DNA of 64,000 nt from Verrucomicrobiia bacterium. Lineage in GTDB: Bacteria > Verrucomicrobiota > Verrucomicrobiia > Limisphaerales > UBA8199. The position numbers and the translations under genes were made by a program. Below, piece by piece: positions 32,020 to 40,864 of this stretch. A model generated the notes under the pieces. That model worked only from the letters and a program-made list of their open reading frames with translations, was not told the DNA's origin and searched no databases. Within the stretch, counting starts at the first letter, position 1. Each line of letters starts with the position of its first letter. The stretch lies in assembly GCA_036524155.1 (NCBI GenBank), contig DATDCV010000045.1:260-64259 (forward strand), in the 5' to 3' direction.

Positions 32020-34115
32020 ATTTCGCCACCGTAAAGACACTGTTCCGCGCCGAATTGCGCATGGTCGCGCGCGACCGACGCATGATCGTAACCTCGATCC
32101 TGCTCCCGTTGGTCGTCACCCCGCTCCTGTTTCTGGGCTCGTCCCTCGGCATCAAAAAGCACGAGAAGAAACTCGCGGAAATGGTTTATCCCTGCGCCGT
32201 CAGCGGACCCCGGGCGGCCATGGTCAAGGACCTCCTGGCCGCTACGCGCAAGCGCCTGGACGCCGCCGCCGCCACGAATAAAACCGTGTTTCGCTTCAAA
32301 GAGGTGGTTTGCGCTGACCCTGTTCAGTCCTTGAACCAGGGTGACATCCAACTCATCCTCGAAGGCCTCCCGGCGTCCTCCGACGACGCGAGCCACACAA
32401 ACTCTGCCATTCATTCCGGCCCCTCAACGGCAAAGCCGTCGGAAAAAGACAACTCGGACGACGTGGAGAAGCCGGTCCCGGGATCGCCTGTGGTCCGCAT
32501 CGTCTTCCGCGGTGATCGCCACGAATCCGCCGCCGGCCTGTCGAAGATGCGCGAGGCGCTTTCTCAAACCCGACGCCTCGAGCGAGCTGAACTGCTCAAA
32601 ACCGCGGGATTCCCGCTCCCCACAGAAAACGTCGTCGCCGTCACCGAGGCCAACCTGGCCTCCCAAACCCAAATCTCCGGCCTCGCCCTTGGGAAATCTC
32701 TCACGCTCTTGCTCCTGCTCTTCATCTTTTCCAGTGGCGCCGTCGTGGCGACCGACTCCCTGGCCGGCGAAAAAGAGCGGGGCACGCTTGAAACCTTGCT
32801 CACCACCGCCGCCGGGCGCCTGGAAATTCTCGCCGCCAAACACCTCGTGATCGTCGTGGTGGCGCTGCTCATCACCGCGATTCAAATCCTCAATTTGCTG
32901 GCTTACATCCATTTTAAGCTGATTCCTGTGCCGGCTAATTGGGCTGCGGCCATCACGCCGTTCACCGCGGCGCTGTTGTTTTTCCTCTACGTGCCCCTGG
33001 CCGCCCTCGCCGCCAATGTGCTGCTGCTGGTCTCCGGCTACGCCCGTGGCTACAAGGAAGCTCAAATGTGGTTTCTCCCGGTGCTCCTGGTCGGCCTTGT
33101 GCCCGCACTCGCCCCCTGGCTGCCGGGCGTGCCCTTGCGCTCAGCCGCGGTGTTGGTGCCGATTGCCAACCTCGCGCTGGCCGCCAAAGAAATCCTCACC
33201 GGCTCGTTTGATTGGCCCATGATCGCTCTCGCGTGGCTCGTCACCGCCGGCGCGGCTGCCTGGACCGCGCGCCTGGGCGCCCGCTCGCTGGTCCAGGAGC
33301 GCCTCGTCACCGCCGCCGACACCGACGCCGTTGATTTCGCCGGCGGACCCGCTCTCTTCGAGCGGCGCGTGCTGCTTTGGTTTTGCGTCATCTGGGCCGT
33401 GCTGCTCATCGTCAGCAACTATACGAGCGCGCTCGACCTGCGCTTTCAGCTCGTCATCAACCTGGTGGGGATCTTCTTCGGCGCCGCCTGCCTCATGATC
33501 CGTATCTATCGTCTTGACCCGAAACTGGCGCTCGCGCTTCGGTTCCCGCGCCCCGCCGTCTGGCTCGGCCTCGTTCTCGCCGTGCCCGGCGGAATGCTCT
33601 CCGCCCTCGGACTGTTTCGCCTCGCGAATCTCCTGCTGCCTGCCCCCACCAGAACCGTCGAAAGTTTCACCGACGCCTTGCTGCCCCCAAACGTCCCGTT
33701 CATCCAAATCCTGCTCTTTATGACCGTGCTGCCGGGCATCTTCGAGGAGATCACCTTCCGCGGCCTGTTGCTCCACGGCCTCCGCCGCCGCCTGCACCCG
33801 GTGCCGCTGTCGCTGGTGGTTGGCATCATTTTTGGGATCTTTCACGTCGCCCTTTTCAGGCTGGTGCCCACCGCCGCCCTGGGCGCTATGTTCGCAGGGG
33901 TAACTTTGCTGACCGGTTCCATCTTCCCCGCCATGGTCTGGCACGCGGCCAGCAACGCTCTGGGCCTCCTCGCTTCAAAATTCAACCTCCCCGAAAACGA
34001 ATTGGATTCCGTCTGTTACCTCGCCGGAGCTGGTCTCCTGGCCGCCGCATTCTGGATCTTTTGGCGCCACCGCACCCCCTACCCCGATCTGCGCCGACCC
34101 CCGCCCTCCCGCTAA
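32016..34115 (+). CDS. Fusion protein: ABC-2 (NatB-like) permease plus CPBP-family (CAAX/Abi) intramembrane protease domain
   Basis: TTG start overlapping the ATPase stop (TTGA). C-terminal FEEITFRG ... FHVALFR ... WHAASN are CPBP motifs. Confidence 0.8.
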   Translation: MNFATVKTLFRAELRMVARDRRMIVTSILLPLVVTPLLFLGSSLGIKKHEKKLAEMVYPCAVSGPRAAMVKDLLAATRKRLDAAAATNKTVFRFKEVVCADPVQSLNQGDIQLILEGLPASSDDASHTNSAIHSGPSTAKPSEKDNSDDVEKPVPGSPVVRIVFRGDRHESAAGLSKMREALSQTRRLERAELLKTAGFPLPTENVVAVTEANLASQTQISGLALGKSLTLLLLLFIFSSGAVVATDSLAGEKERGTLETLLTTAAGRLEILAAKHLVIVVVALLITAIQILNLLAYIHFKLIPVPANWAAAITPFTAALLFFLYVPLAALAANVLLLVSGYARGYKEAQMWFLPVLLVGLVPALAPWLPGVPLRSAAVLVPIANLALAAKEILTGSFDWPMIALAWLVTAGAAAWTARLGARSLVQERLVTAADTDAVDFAGGPALFERRVLLWFCVIWAVLLIVSNYTSALDLRFQLVINLVGIFFGAACLMIRIYRLDPKLALALRFPRPAVWLGLVLAVPGGMLSALGLFRLANLLLPAPTRTVESFTDALLPPNVPFIQILLFMTVLPGIFEEITFRGLLLHGLRRRLHPVPLSLVVGIIFGIFHVALFRLVPTAALGAMFAGVTLLTGSIFPAMVWHAASNALGLLASKFNLPENELDSVCYLAGAGLLAAAFWIFWRHRTPYPDLRRPPPSR

Positions 34116-34324
34116 CCAGCCAACCGCCTGTCCCTCGCCTCTCGCTCAATCCGCCTGTGGAACAGGCATTCGCTGCGTACCGCCATATTATCCGGGGCTC
34201 AAGCCATCCGGAAAAACCCCAGGTCGAAAATAAAAAAATTTTACTTGCAGAAATAATTTGACCGTTATATAACAGGCGAGCAGTTTAGCGTGGGCTAGGG
34301 TTTGTTGGTGTCCGAACAACTGAA

Positions 34325-34570
34325 ATGGCAGCCATGAGAAATTGCATCCAGGACGAATACACGGAGCTCCCGATTTCGCGGCAGCGAAAGTATCAGCTGC
34401 GAATGAAGCGGGACAAGCGGTGCACCGAATGCGGTCAGCCGGCGGCGGAAGGTTCCCGGTGCTTGAAGCACCTTGTGAAAGCCCGCGAGCGGCAGCGCAA
34501 GAAACGCGGCCTCAAACGCCGATACTACAATACGCTCAGCTACAAGCTGCAGGGAAGCGCCGGCGCGTGA
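34325..34570 (+). CDS. Hypothetical small basic protein (possible Zn-ribbon)
   Basis: 81 aa, CTECG...C..H, arginine/lysine-rich tail. Preceded by an AT-rich stretch. Confidence 0.4.
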   Translation: MAAMRNCIQDEYTELPISRQRKYQLRMKRDKRCTECGQPAAEGSRCLKHLVKARERQRKKRGLKRRYYNTLSYKLQGSAGA

Positions 34571-34669
34571 TCGCGCGAGTCATTGCGTCGCGCCTGGCTG
34601 CTTGCTCGAGCGGGTGGCCGGCGAGTTCTGCGGGCGAGAGGCTCGCATCACCAGAGACGGAGGCTGTTG

Positions 34670-35068
34670 CTACTCCAATCGCGGCGGAACCTGGGCCGCC
34701 CCGTCACGCCTGGCGGCGCTGAGTATTTGGAAGCTCGTTACCAGCGCCCACAGCCAACCCGCCAGAAACACCGACACGCCGAGCAGCGGCCAGCGCGCCG
34801 CCCTCCACAGTTCAACCAGCGTCCCGAAGGGATCCTCCTGGTCGCCTGTCATGCGGGACAGGTTGACAAGGTACCAGGCGAAAAAACGCGCCGCGAACAG
34901 AGTCGTCAGCGCTACTCCGGCCAACCCCAGCGCCGCCTGCGGATAACCCGATACCCGGCCGGCCATCAGCGAACCGAAGCCTGGCAGCGCCAGGTTGGTC
35001 GTGAAGCATCCCCAGGCCGACTGCCGGCTAAGTGTTCGCCGGGGTCCGAGGGCCAAAGAGATTTTCAT
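34670..35068 (-). CDS. Hypothetical membrane protein
   Basis: 132 aa with 3 hydrophobic helices. Overlaps the upstream gene end by 41 nt, so the start is uncertain. Confidence 0.45.
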   Translation of the reverse strand: MKISLALGPRRTLSRQSAWGCFTTNLALPGFGSLMAGRVSGYPQAALGLAGVALTTLFAARFFAWYLVNLSRMTGDQEDPFGTLVELWRAARWPLLGVSVFLAGWLWALVTSFQILSAARRDGAAQVPPRLE

Positions 35069-36032
35069 ACGCCGACATCAGCGCGCCCATGGCAAAGGGC
35101 AAGTTGAGCAACAAGACGAAATGCGAAACGAACGATAGCGCGACGGTGGAGGCGCTCAACCGCATCATCGTCTGCATCATCGTCTGCATCATCCGGCCGA
35201 TGTCCTGCGGACCGGCGCTCGCCATGTGCTCGATGGTCGGAATGAGCGAGGCGCCTATCTTCAACCGCGCATAAAGTCCCGCCAGGACCACCGGCAGGAA
35301 AGCCACGACGATTAGCGCCAGCATTTGGAACCACACCTTCGTCACCACCTTTCGGCTCAGCTCCATCGCCGACCAGAACTCAAGGCGTTTATCCGCCACC
35401 AGCGGCACGCAGAACACCCAGGCGACGCTCAGATAAGCCCACGGCAAAATGCAAAAGCAAACACCTATCTTCGCCAACAGCGAGCTCAGAAAACCCGCCA
35501 GCACCAACTGCCCGAATGCGACGTTGAACCCTGAAAAGGCCTCGCCGGCATTGGTTCTCTCCCCGCGCAGCGTCTTGAGAAAAACGAGATACAACCCCCC
35601 ATAAAACGCTCCTGCCATCACTTGGTAGACCAGCGAGAGCAACGGGCCGACTATCGGCACAAACTGGCAGAGACTGATTGCCCAAATCGCCGCACACGCT
35701 CCCAGCAGCAGGCCAAAGTTTTTCGTCATCAACTGCCACGAGCGTGAAAGGCAATCACCCACCCGCACTTGCGGCTCGCGCGCGAGAATCTCGGCCGTCC
35801 ACGCCTCCGGGTGCATCGGTGGCGGCCCGCCCGCCGCCGGCGCGCCCGGCCCCCCCTGGAGCCCGAGCGCGTCCGCAAATTCGGGAAACTCGCTCAGGGG
35901 TTTCCAATCGGCCACGCCCTCGCTTTGTGCCAGGCTTCGACCGTTGAGCCGGCCTTCGCTAATCCACCGGCCGATCTCCTCGCCGCTCACAGGTCCGTAT
36001 TCCCGCTGATCTCCGCCGATGATTCTGTACAT
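35028..36032 (-). CDS. Membrane protein with N-terminal GYF_2 (DUF4339)-like domain
   Basis: MYRIIGGDQREYGPVSGEEIGRWISEGRL...WKPLSEFPEF, followed by multiple TM helices. Confidence 0.7.
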   Translation of the reverse strand: MYRIIGGDQREYGPVSGEEIGRWISEGRLNGRSLAQSEGVADWKPLSEFPEFADALGLQGGPGAPAAGGPPPMHPEAWTAEILAREPQVRVGDCLSRSWQLMTKNFGLLLGACAAIWAISLCQFVPIVGPLLSLVYQVMAGAFYGGLYLVFLKTLRGERTNAGEAFSGFNVAFGQLVLAGFLSSLLAKIGVCFCILPWAYLSVAWVFCVPLVADKRLEFWSAMELSRKVVTKVWFQMLALIVVAFLPVVLAGLYARLKIGASLIPTIEHMASAGPQDIGRMMQTMMQTMMRLSASTVALSFVSHFVLLLNLPFAMGALMSAYENLFGPRTPANT

Positions 36033-36255
36033 AATTTAGCTCGTTCCCGTGTGCCCCACCCAGCGTGCTTGTAGGCCATACCCCGCCCCAGCGCAATCCT
36101 GAATTTCCCGCTCGCCGCATTGCACCCCTCGGGACCCTTCTTCCGCATTTCACGGCCGGAAGGCTCAATTGGCTGCCGCAAGAACGGGGTACGCCAGGAA
36201 GTGGATTTCAGGCTTGCGCTGATACCGTCTGACTGGGCAAATTGCACGCTCTTTT

Positions 36256-37002
36256 ATGGAATCGAAAGTCGCAGAGTTACCGCTCTCCCACAAGGCGTGG
36301 GCGTGGTTTGAAAAGAACCAAAAGCAGGCGGTTATGGGCGCCGCGATAGTGGTCGCGGTGGGGCTGGTTGTCTGGTTTTTAGCCTGGAAGCGGGCAGAAA
36401 CGCAGGTCCAGGCCGCCAACGCGCTTTCCAATGTCGCGGTCAGCTCCACTACCGGTGGCGGCCAGGAGACCACGCCCCAGGCCTACCTGAAAATTACGGC
36501 GGATTACCCGAACTCCAAGGCCGCGGCCCGGGCGCTTTTGCTGGCCGCGGGCGGCCTCTTCACCGAAGGCAAGTACGCCGACGCGCAAGCTCAGTTCGAG
36601 CGTTTCACCAGGGAGTACCGTTCCAGCGATCTCCTCGGGGAAGCGCTGGTGGGGATCGCCTCTTGCCTGGAAGCACAAGGCAAAGTTGACCAGGCCGTCA
36701 CGGCCTACAAGGAATTAATCTCGCGGCATCCGGCCGACAGCGTCATTCCCCAAGCCAAGTTTTCTCTGGGTGGCCTGTATGAGGTGCAGAAACGGCCGGA
36801 ATTGGCGCGGGACATGTACGAGCAGGTCGAGCGGGAGTCACGGATGAGCATTCTGGGCAGTGAGGCAGGCATGCGGCTCGAGGAACTGGCCGAGAAGAAT
36901 CCCAATCTCGCCGCCGCCGCGCTCACGCCTGCTCCCGCTGCCCCGATCCAGCTTTCCGTTCCCACCGGGACCAATCCGGCGGCGCAGGCTCCGAAGAAGT
37001 AA
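36256..37002 (+). CDS. Membrane-anchored tetratricopeptide-repeat protein (YfgM/YbgF-like)
   Basis: N-terminal TM (AVMGAAIVVAVGLVVWFLAW), then TPR-like helices. Confidence 0.7.
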   Translation: MESKVAELPLSHKAWAWFEKNQKQAVMGAAIVVAVGLVVWFLAWKRAETQVQAANALSNVAVSSTTGGGQETTPQAYLKITADYPNSKAAARALLLAAGGLFTEGKYADAQAQFERFTREYRSSDLLGEALVGIASCLEAQGKVDQAVTAYKELISRHPADSVIPQAKFSLGGLYEVQKRPELARDMYEQVERESRMSILGSEAGMRLEELAEKNPNLAAAALTPAPAAPIQLSVPTGTNPAAQAPKK

Positions 37003-37058
37003 CCCGGCAAGCCCGATTCACCCCCTGCGCAGGGATGCAGGCGGCGTTTGCTCATGGT

Positions 37059-38348
37059 ATGAAACTGACAATAATCGGAACAGGGTACGTGGGCCTGGTA
37101 ACGGGCACGTGCTTCGCGGAGGTCGGCCACCGGGTCATTTGCGTCGATAACGACGCCGCCAAGGTAAAAGTGCTGCGGGCGGGCGGCATTCCCATTTACG
37201 AGCCCGGCCTCGAGGACCTCGTCAAGGCCAACGTCGCGGCCGGACGGTTAAGCTTTTCCACCAGCACCGCCGAGGGCGTCGAGAACTCGGATGTGATCTT
37301 CATCGCCGTGCCAACCCCGCCTCAGGCCGACGGCTCGGTCGACCTCAGCTTCATCGAAAAAGTCGCGCGCGAAATTGCCGCGGCCATGACCAGCTACAAA
37401 ATTGTCGTCGATAAAAGCACCGTGCCCGTCCAGACGGGCGACAAGGTCGCCGAAACCATTAAACGCTACTGCAAGGCGAAGGTGGACTTCGATGTCGTCA
37501 GCAACCCCGAGTTCCTGCGCGAGGGATTCGCGGTCGAAGACCTGATGCACCCGGACCGGGTCGTTATCGGCGCGCGGTCGCAACGACCGGTGCCCGCCAT
37601 GAAGCAGGTTTATGCCCCGTTCAAAGCCCCGATCATCGTCACCGACATCAATTCGGCTGAGCTAATCAAGCACGCTTCCAACTCCTTCCTGGCGCTCAAG
37701 ATCTCTTATGTCAACGCGCTGTCGGTCATCTGCGAGGCCACGGGCGCCAACATCCAGGAAGTCGCCAGCGGCATGGGAATGGACGAACGGATCGGACGCC
37801 GGTTTCTGGACGCCTCCCTGGGGTTTGGCGGGAGCTGTTTTCCAAAGGACTTGAGCGCCTTCGTCAAGATCGCCGAGCAGATCGGATACAACTTCGGGCT
37901 GCTGAAAGAAGTGCAGAAAATCAACGCCGAGCAGATGAGCCGGTTTGTCAAGAAAATCGCCGACACTCTCTGGGTGCTCAAAGACAAACGAATCGGCGTG
38001 CTCGGGCTCGCTTTCAAGCAAAACACGGACGACGTCCGGATGTCGCCGGCCATCGATCTTTGTCTGCGCCTGCAGAAGGAAGGCGCGATCTTGCGCGTGC
38101 ACGACCCGAAGGCGATGGAGAAAGCCCGCGCGGTGCTGCAAGATGTGACGTTTGTGGCGGACATGAACGAAGTCGCCGAGGGATGCGACGCGCTGGTGGT
38201 CGCGACCGAGTGGGAGGAGTTCAAGAAGCTCGACCTCGAGCGCGCCCGCAAGGCGCTGACGCACCCCATCTTGTTCGATGGCCGCAACCTGTTCGAGCCC
38301 GCCGACCTCGAGCGGCTGGGCTTCATCTACAAAAGCATCGGGCGGTGA
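37059..38348 (+). CDS. ugd: UDP-glucose 6-dehydrogenase
   Basis: MKLTIIGTGYVGLVTG NAD motif and GFGGSCFPKD catalytic Cys. ORF trimmed to ATG 37059. Confidence 0.93.
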   Translation: MKLTIIGTGYVGLVTGTCFAEVGHRVICVDNDAAKVKVLRAGGIPIYEPGLEDLVKANVAAGRLSFSTSTAEGVENSDVIFIAVPTPPQADGSVDLSFIEKVAREIAAAMTSYKIVVDKSTVPVQTGDKVAETIKRYCKAKVDFDVVSNPEFLREGFAVEDLMHPDRVVIGARSQRPVPAMKQVYAPFKAPIIVTDINSAELIKHASNSFLALKISYVNALSVICEATGANIQEVASGMGMDERIGRRFLDASLGFGGSCFPKDLSAFVKIAEQIGYNFGLLKEVQKINAEQMSRFVKKIADTLWVLKDKRIGVLGLAFKQNTDDVRMSPAIDLCLRLQKEGAILRVHDPKAMEKARAVLQDVTFVADMNEVAEGCDALVVATEWEEFKKLDLERARKALTHPILFDGRNLFEPADLERLGFIYKSIGR

Positions 38349-38431
38349 CAGGCAATGTTGAGCTCCGCCTGGTTCATCCCCAGCCTTTTCTGTGGCTCCG
38401 CCTCCTATGAACCGGGCATGGTCCTCCTACC

Positions 38432-38538
38432 CCGGCGCGCGGACTTCAGTCCGCAGCAATGCCCGAGTGACGTTTGGGCTTGGATTGCCGAAGCGCCCGG
38501 TTCGCGGAAGTTGCTGCGGACTGAAGTCCGCGCGCCGG
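38432..38538. repeat. Palindromic element: perfect 28-bp inverted repeat with 51-nt spacer
   Basis: ccggcgcgcggacttcagtccgcagcaa (38432-38459) is the exact reverse complement of 38511-38538. Confidence 0.9.
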
Positions 38539-38617
38539 CCGCCGGTTTCATCTTCCCAATGCGTGCGCCGGAGCTGAGGGATGTTCTCGCCAGGCCTCAG
38601 CCCGTGCCCCCCGGCGT

Positions 38618-39034
38618 ATGAGTCCAATCGAAGTGGCCGCCGGTCTGGTATTCCGGGGCGGCAAGCTGCTAATCACCCAGCGCTATGCCGACGCCCATCT
38701 TGGCGGGCTGTGGGAGTTCCCCGGCGGCAAACGCGAGCCGCCAGAGTCCTTCGAGGACTGCTTAGTTCGCGAATTACGCGAGGAGTTGGGCATCGAAGTC
38801 ACCGTCGGCGCTTTGATCGAAACAATTACTCATGCATACCCGGAAAAGACCGTTCACCTGCAATTCTTCCATTGTGAATGGTTACAGAATGAGCCTCAGC
38901 AGCTAGGCTGTCCCGCTTTCCGGTGGATCAGCCGGGAACAGTTGGCCGAATTTCACTTCCCGGCGGCCGACGCCCAACTATTGGAGAGGTTGCGCTCCGA
39001 GCCACAGCTTTGGCAGAGCCGCCACGGCCGTTAG
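38618..39034 (+). CDS. mutT: NUDIX hydrolase (MutT / 8-oxo-dGTP diphosphatase-like)
   Basis: Nudix box GGKREPPESFEDCLVRELREELGI. Confidence 0.88.
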   Translation: MSPIEVAAGLVFRGGKLLITQRYADAHLGGLWEFPGGKREPPESFEDCLVRELREELGIEVTVGALIETITHAYPEKTVHLQFFHCEWLQNEPQQLGCPAFRWISREQLAEFHFPAADAQLLERLRSEPQLWQSRHGR

Positions 39035-39064
39035 CAGGCTGCCACAAGTCCCTTTTCTTACACC

Positions 39065-40246
39065 TCAAAGCTTCCCGTAGAACTCCTCAACTATCTTGCA
39101 GAAGTTATTCTCGCCAACATTGATGATGCCCATCTCGCGCCGGGCGTTTTCCTCCGAATCGCTGGCATGCGCCGCGTTCACCATGATCGTCTGGCCGAAT
39201 TCGCGGCGGATGGAGCCCGGCGGGGCCTTCGAAGGATCGGTCGGGCCGAGGACGTCGCGGATCTTGCCTACCGCGCCTACTCCCTCATACACGAGGGCGA
39301 TGCACTTTTCGGTGCCGGGCGAGGTCATCGCGTCCGGCGACGTTTCGGACGGCGCCCGGCCGGACATGAATCTCACAATGTTCTCGAACTGGTTATCGCC
39401 GAAGATAGGCCCCAGCACCGTTCCGAGTTGTTTTTCCTCCTGGGGGCCAATCTTTAGCCCAAGTTCTTTCTCGATCGCCGCACGGGCTTTGCCGGCCACC
39501 ATGTCTTTCAACTTGGTGCGCAACACCTCACGCACTGGCCCGTAAAACTCCATCGCCTGGGCGACGCTCATCCGATGGACTTTGACCGCGACAATGAACA
39601 ACCCGGTGCGCGAGAAAAAATCGATCATGTTGCCGGGCCGGCCGGTCGGAAAGCGGAAATTCTCCGGCTTAATCAACACCAGCGTGCGCTGGCCCTTCTC
39701 TTTGGCCTGGTAGGCAATCACGTTTTCGAGCACGCCGCCGTCGCTGCCCGAATAACGCGCCCAAATCTTGAGCTTGGACTCGGCTTCCTCGGGGGTTGGA
39801 GCCGCCAGCACCGCCGGTTCAAAGTAGCGGACCTGGCCGTCGTCATCCGTGATCAGGTCGCCATAGGTGTCGCGAATGGTCTCCCCCGTGCGCCGATCCG
39901 GGCTGATGTTACCCACCACCGACCGGGTCTTTCGTACCGCTCCCTCGCCTTGAAATAGCAGCATCATCACGCGCCGGCGCCGCCCCGACTTGGGATCAGG
40001 GGAGAAATTCTGGAGGATGTAATTGTAGAGGAGTTCCTGGATTCGGCGGTCCTGCGGATCGTTGGCAGAGATGGTCTCGGCGGCATAGTCTTTCACCAGC
40101 TCGGGGCTGGGCGCGAACATGCGCGCACCCACGAGTTCCACCCCCGTTCGCGTAATCAATCGGCTCAGGATACCCCCCGTCCGCGACTTGTACAGCGAGT
40201 AGGGGGTAATGATGACGTAAGCGAGTTCTTGAGCCATAGGCTTCAC
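39065..40246 (-). CDS. Atypical two-domain nucleoside-diphosphate-kinase-like protein
   Basis: Second domain has LIKPENF... and NAAHASDS (NDK active-site His motif). The first domain is NDK-like but divergent. Start is GTG 40246 or ATG 40237. Confidence 0.75.
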   Translation of the reverse strand: MKPMAQELAYVIITPYSLYKSRTGGILSRLITRTGVELVGARMFAPSPELVKDYAAETISANDPQDRRIQELLYNYILQNFSPDPKSGRRRRVMMLLFQGEGAVRKTRSVVGNISPDRRTGETIRDTYGDLITDDDGQVRYFEPAVLAAPTPEEAESKLKIWARYSGSDGGVLENVIAYQAKEKGQRTLVLIKPENFRFPTGRPGNMIDFFSRTGLFIVAVKVHRMSVAQAMEFYGPVREVLRTKLKDMVAGKARAAIEKELGLKIGPQEEKQLGTVLGPIFGDNQFENIVRFMSGRAPSETSPDAMTSPGTEKCIALVYEGVGAVGKIRDVLGPTDPSKAPPGSIRREFGQTIMVNAAHASDSEENARREMGIINVGENNFCKIVEEFYGKL

Positions 40247-40449
40247 GCCGCCGATGGTTTGCCCGGCGCTGGCGCCGCTGGCTCTACAACCGCTGAGGCG
40301 CTGCCTTTACCCCCCAGGATTTTGAACATCACCGTCCCGCAGGTCGGACATTTGCCTTTGATCGCTTTACGCCCGTTCTTCATCGTCTCTTCAACCGCAT
40401 CGATGATTTCCTTTTTGGCTTTGCACTTGACGCAGTATCCTTCGGGCAT
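40243..40449 (-). CDS. DUF5679-like zinc-ribbon protein
   Basis: 68 aa, CVKCKAKKE...GKCPTCGTVMFKI. Its stop overlaps the GTG of the downstream ndk-like gene (GTGA). Confidence 0.7.
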   Translation of the reverse strand: MPEGYCVKCKAKKEIIDAVEETMKNGRKAIKGKCPTCGTVMFKILGGKGSASAVVEPAAPAPGKPSAA

Positions 40450-40764
40450 AGAAATTTATTGCTGCCGGGCGCTGCATTGCGCCGCGGCAGTGACATAAAT
40501 AGGTTATTCAGCCCTGCTGACAGCCGTCAACTGGGAACTGGCCTTGGGTAGGTTGGGAGCAAGAACGGCGTAGAGAGGGTTACTGTATCGTTAAACTAAA
40601 ACCGTTATTTACACTAAGTCGTTTATTATAAACCGATTATAAGCAAACGGATGTGAGAAAGCACATCAATGTAACAATCCCAGTCCTCCAAGGCGACGTG
40701 GCGGAAAGCCGGAAAAGCCGTGACGGCATACCCCAGTTCGGACGTTTTACGCTTGCCGGGTAGT

Positions 40765-40830
40765 AGCGCCGACATGTTGTCGGCTTGTGCCGTCCAGGCG
40801 GTATAAGCCGACAACTTCTCTGCGCTCCGG
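40765..40830. repeat. Short variant of the MITE core (degenerate)
   Basis: agcgccgacatgttgtcggctt...taagccgacaac..ctgcgctccgg. Same cggagcgccga/tcggc stems as the MITE but different loops. Confidence 0.6.
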
Positions 40831-40864
40831 TCTATAGACACCCCGCACGACGCAAATACCTGGG

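Noticed and set aside
40626-40841. 71-aa minus-strand ORF in the AT-rich spacer downstream of the acyl-CoA ligase gene.
   Set aside because: Its N-terminal third is the translation of the degenerate MITE-variant hairpin (40765-40830). It has no motif and no plausible ribosome-binding context.
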